Positions 24,492 to 25,714 of a stretch of DNA of 25,714 nucleotides are shown piece after piece. Source of the DNA: a virus (lineage: Duplodnaviria > Caudoviricetes); the IMG/VR virus record IMGVR_UViG_3300029317_000007, positions 1 to 25,714 of that record. One strand, 5' to 3'. Each line of letters begins with the position of its first letter. The first letter of the stretch is position 1. Below the pieces are notes generated by a model. The model had not been told where the DNA came from, searched no databases, and worked only from the letters and a program-made list of their open reading frames with translations. The translations under genes were made by a program, and so were the position numbers.

Positions 24492-25714
24492 ATGGCACAA
24501 TTAATAAGAGCAGACTTTAACCAGCTCGTCCCTCAGCTTGGATTACTTGGCCAGGGCTTTGAGCAGGGCCAGCGCATTAGTCAAAACATGGCTAACCGAC
24601 AAGCATTAGCCCAGCAGCAGGAGCAGGCGGCTCAGTTGTCAGGTCAGCAGCAACTAGCGGCGGGCGGTGATCAGGCAGCTTTGCAACAGGTGGCCGGTCA
24701 AGACCCACAGGCAGCTCGACAAATTCAGCAGTTGTTAGCTAGCCAGGACGAAGCCGAACGCGCCGAAGGTTTGCGGGAAAATGAAGTATTAACCCGAACC
24801 GCTTTGGATGCTTTATCCATTGAAGACCCAGGCAAAAGACGGTTGTTTCTTGAGCGCCAGAAGAATCTATTTGTTGAGCAGGGCCGTTCAACCACTAACA
24901 TCGACCGCGCATTATCTCTTGATGACGACGGCTTAAATCAGGCCATTACCTTACAAGCGCGCCAAGGAAAAACCATATCTGAATTAGCGCAGCAACAGTT
25001 CCCAGATACCGAGCAGTTAATCAGGACCACAGAGGCAGAAACAGCCAGAGCAAAAGAAGCCCGTTTAGCTACCAAAGCAGCGGCCCCCATTCCTGATGTT
25101 TTACTACAAGGGTTAAGCGAAGACGTTTCCGCTAAAGCCTCGGCATCCTTTAGCGCGGCTGGTGGTGGCGAAAAAGGATTAAAGGCATTTGCTAAGGTAG
25201 TAGACAAGGCCACAGAGCAAGAGCGCCGACTAGCATCACCGGCAATTATTCAAAGTTCATTTCCTAATGCAACACAGGCGGAAGTGGTACAGCTACAAGC
25301 CACCATGGACGCAGCCAGAACCACAGAAACCGGCTTAAAAGCCGCTAAGGATGTACGAGAAGCCCAGCGAACCACCAAGAAGGCTAAGACATTCCAGCAA
25401 AGAGGCGTGGCATTGCTTGATAGCATTCTGGAAAATGAACAGCTTGGTGACGTGGTCGGCTCAATTGAAGGCGGCATAGATTTTCGTTTCTCTGATGTTG
25501 AATCGGAATTAATAGACGATATTAACGAGGTGGGCGACATCTTAACCGCTGATAACCTAAACCTAATGTCTGGCGTGTTGAGTGAATCAGACATTAAGAT
25601 TCTGCGAGCATTGGCAGGTGGCGGTTTGAAGCGCACCAGGACAGAGGAGCGCTTTAGAAAAGACGTTACCGCCTTACGTGATAAACTTGGCGCTAGCGAG
25701 GTTTTGACCGCCGA
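24492..25714 (+). CDS. DNA ejection protein, P22 gp20-like; truncated at the window end and not in the ORF track
   Basis: Hand translation MAQLIRADFNQLVPQLGLLGQGFEQGQ... stays open to the edge; contains LMSGVLSESDIKILRAL...RTEERF. Confidence 0.8.
   Translation, partial: MAQLIRADFNQLVPQLGLLGQGFEQGQRISQNMANRQALAQQQEQAAQLSGQQQLAAGGDQAALQQVAGQDPQAARQIQQLLASQDEAERAEGLRENEVLTRTALDALSIEDPGKRRLFLERQKNLFVEQGRSTTNIDRALSLDDDGLNQAITLQARQGKTISELAQQQFPDTEQLIRTTEAETARAKEARLATKAAAPIPDVLLQGLSEDVSAKASASFSAAGGGEKGLKAFAKVVDKATEQERRLASPAIIQSSFPNATQAEVVQLQATMDAARTTETGLKAAKDVREAQRTTKKAKTFQQRGVALLDSILENEQLGDVVGSIEGGIDFRFSDVESELIDDINEVGDILTADNLNLMSGVLSESDIKILRALAGGGLKRTRTEERFRKDVTALRDKLGASEVLTA

Larger units (their letters stand above)
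1..25714. mobile_element. P22-like podovirus phage/prophage segment (early, replication, packaging, head, tail and ejection genes)
   Basis: Gene order terS-terL-portal-scaffold-coat-gp4-gp10-gp26-gp14-gp7-gp20-like matches P22-type morphogenesis, and an O/P-type replication pair is present. No host genes or att sites seen. Confidence 0.95.

Noticed and set aside
11726-25636. Numerous minus-strand ORFs opposite terS, terL, portal, coat, tail and ejection genes
   Set aside because: Shadow frames of well-supported plus-strand genes, with no recognisable motifs

Overview
The whole window is part of a tailed dsDNA phage or prophage with a P22-like (podovirus) morphogenesis module; a marine gammaproteobacterial host is my guess from gene content only. 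From the left: leftward early genes (KilA-N protein, a small protein, a secreted PagP-like beta-barrel), then a divergent control region with an uncalled ribbon-helix-helix gene. Next are a DUF1376/YdaU-type initiator with an internal iteron origin, a lambda-P-like loader, a PAPS-reductase-fold protein, a tandem-AP2 protein and many small early genes. A strong promoter then drives a basic peptide, two membrane proteins and a BppU-like protein. A separately promoted and terminated adhesin-like operon follows, headed by a highly structured RNA leader. The rest is terS, terL, portal, a four-gene moron (Q/G-rich protein, hypothetical, Phd-like protein, hydrophobic peptide), scaffold, coat, gp4/gp10/gp26/gp14-like tail genes and gp7/gp20-like ejection proteins, the last truncated. 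I saw no integrase, cI, Q, endolysin, tRNA or CRISPR array. The best candidate for a novel system is the RNA leader at 8638-8753: its 5' loop can pair with four downstream sites, it contains an SD-sequestering hairpin, and its C/U-rich repeats are complementary to the ribosome-binding sites of other phage genes. All family calls come from motif recognition by eye; no searches were run.
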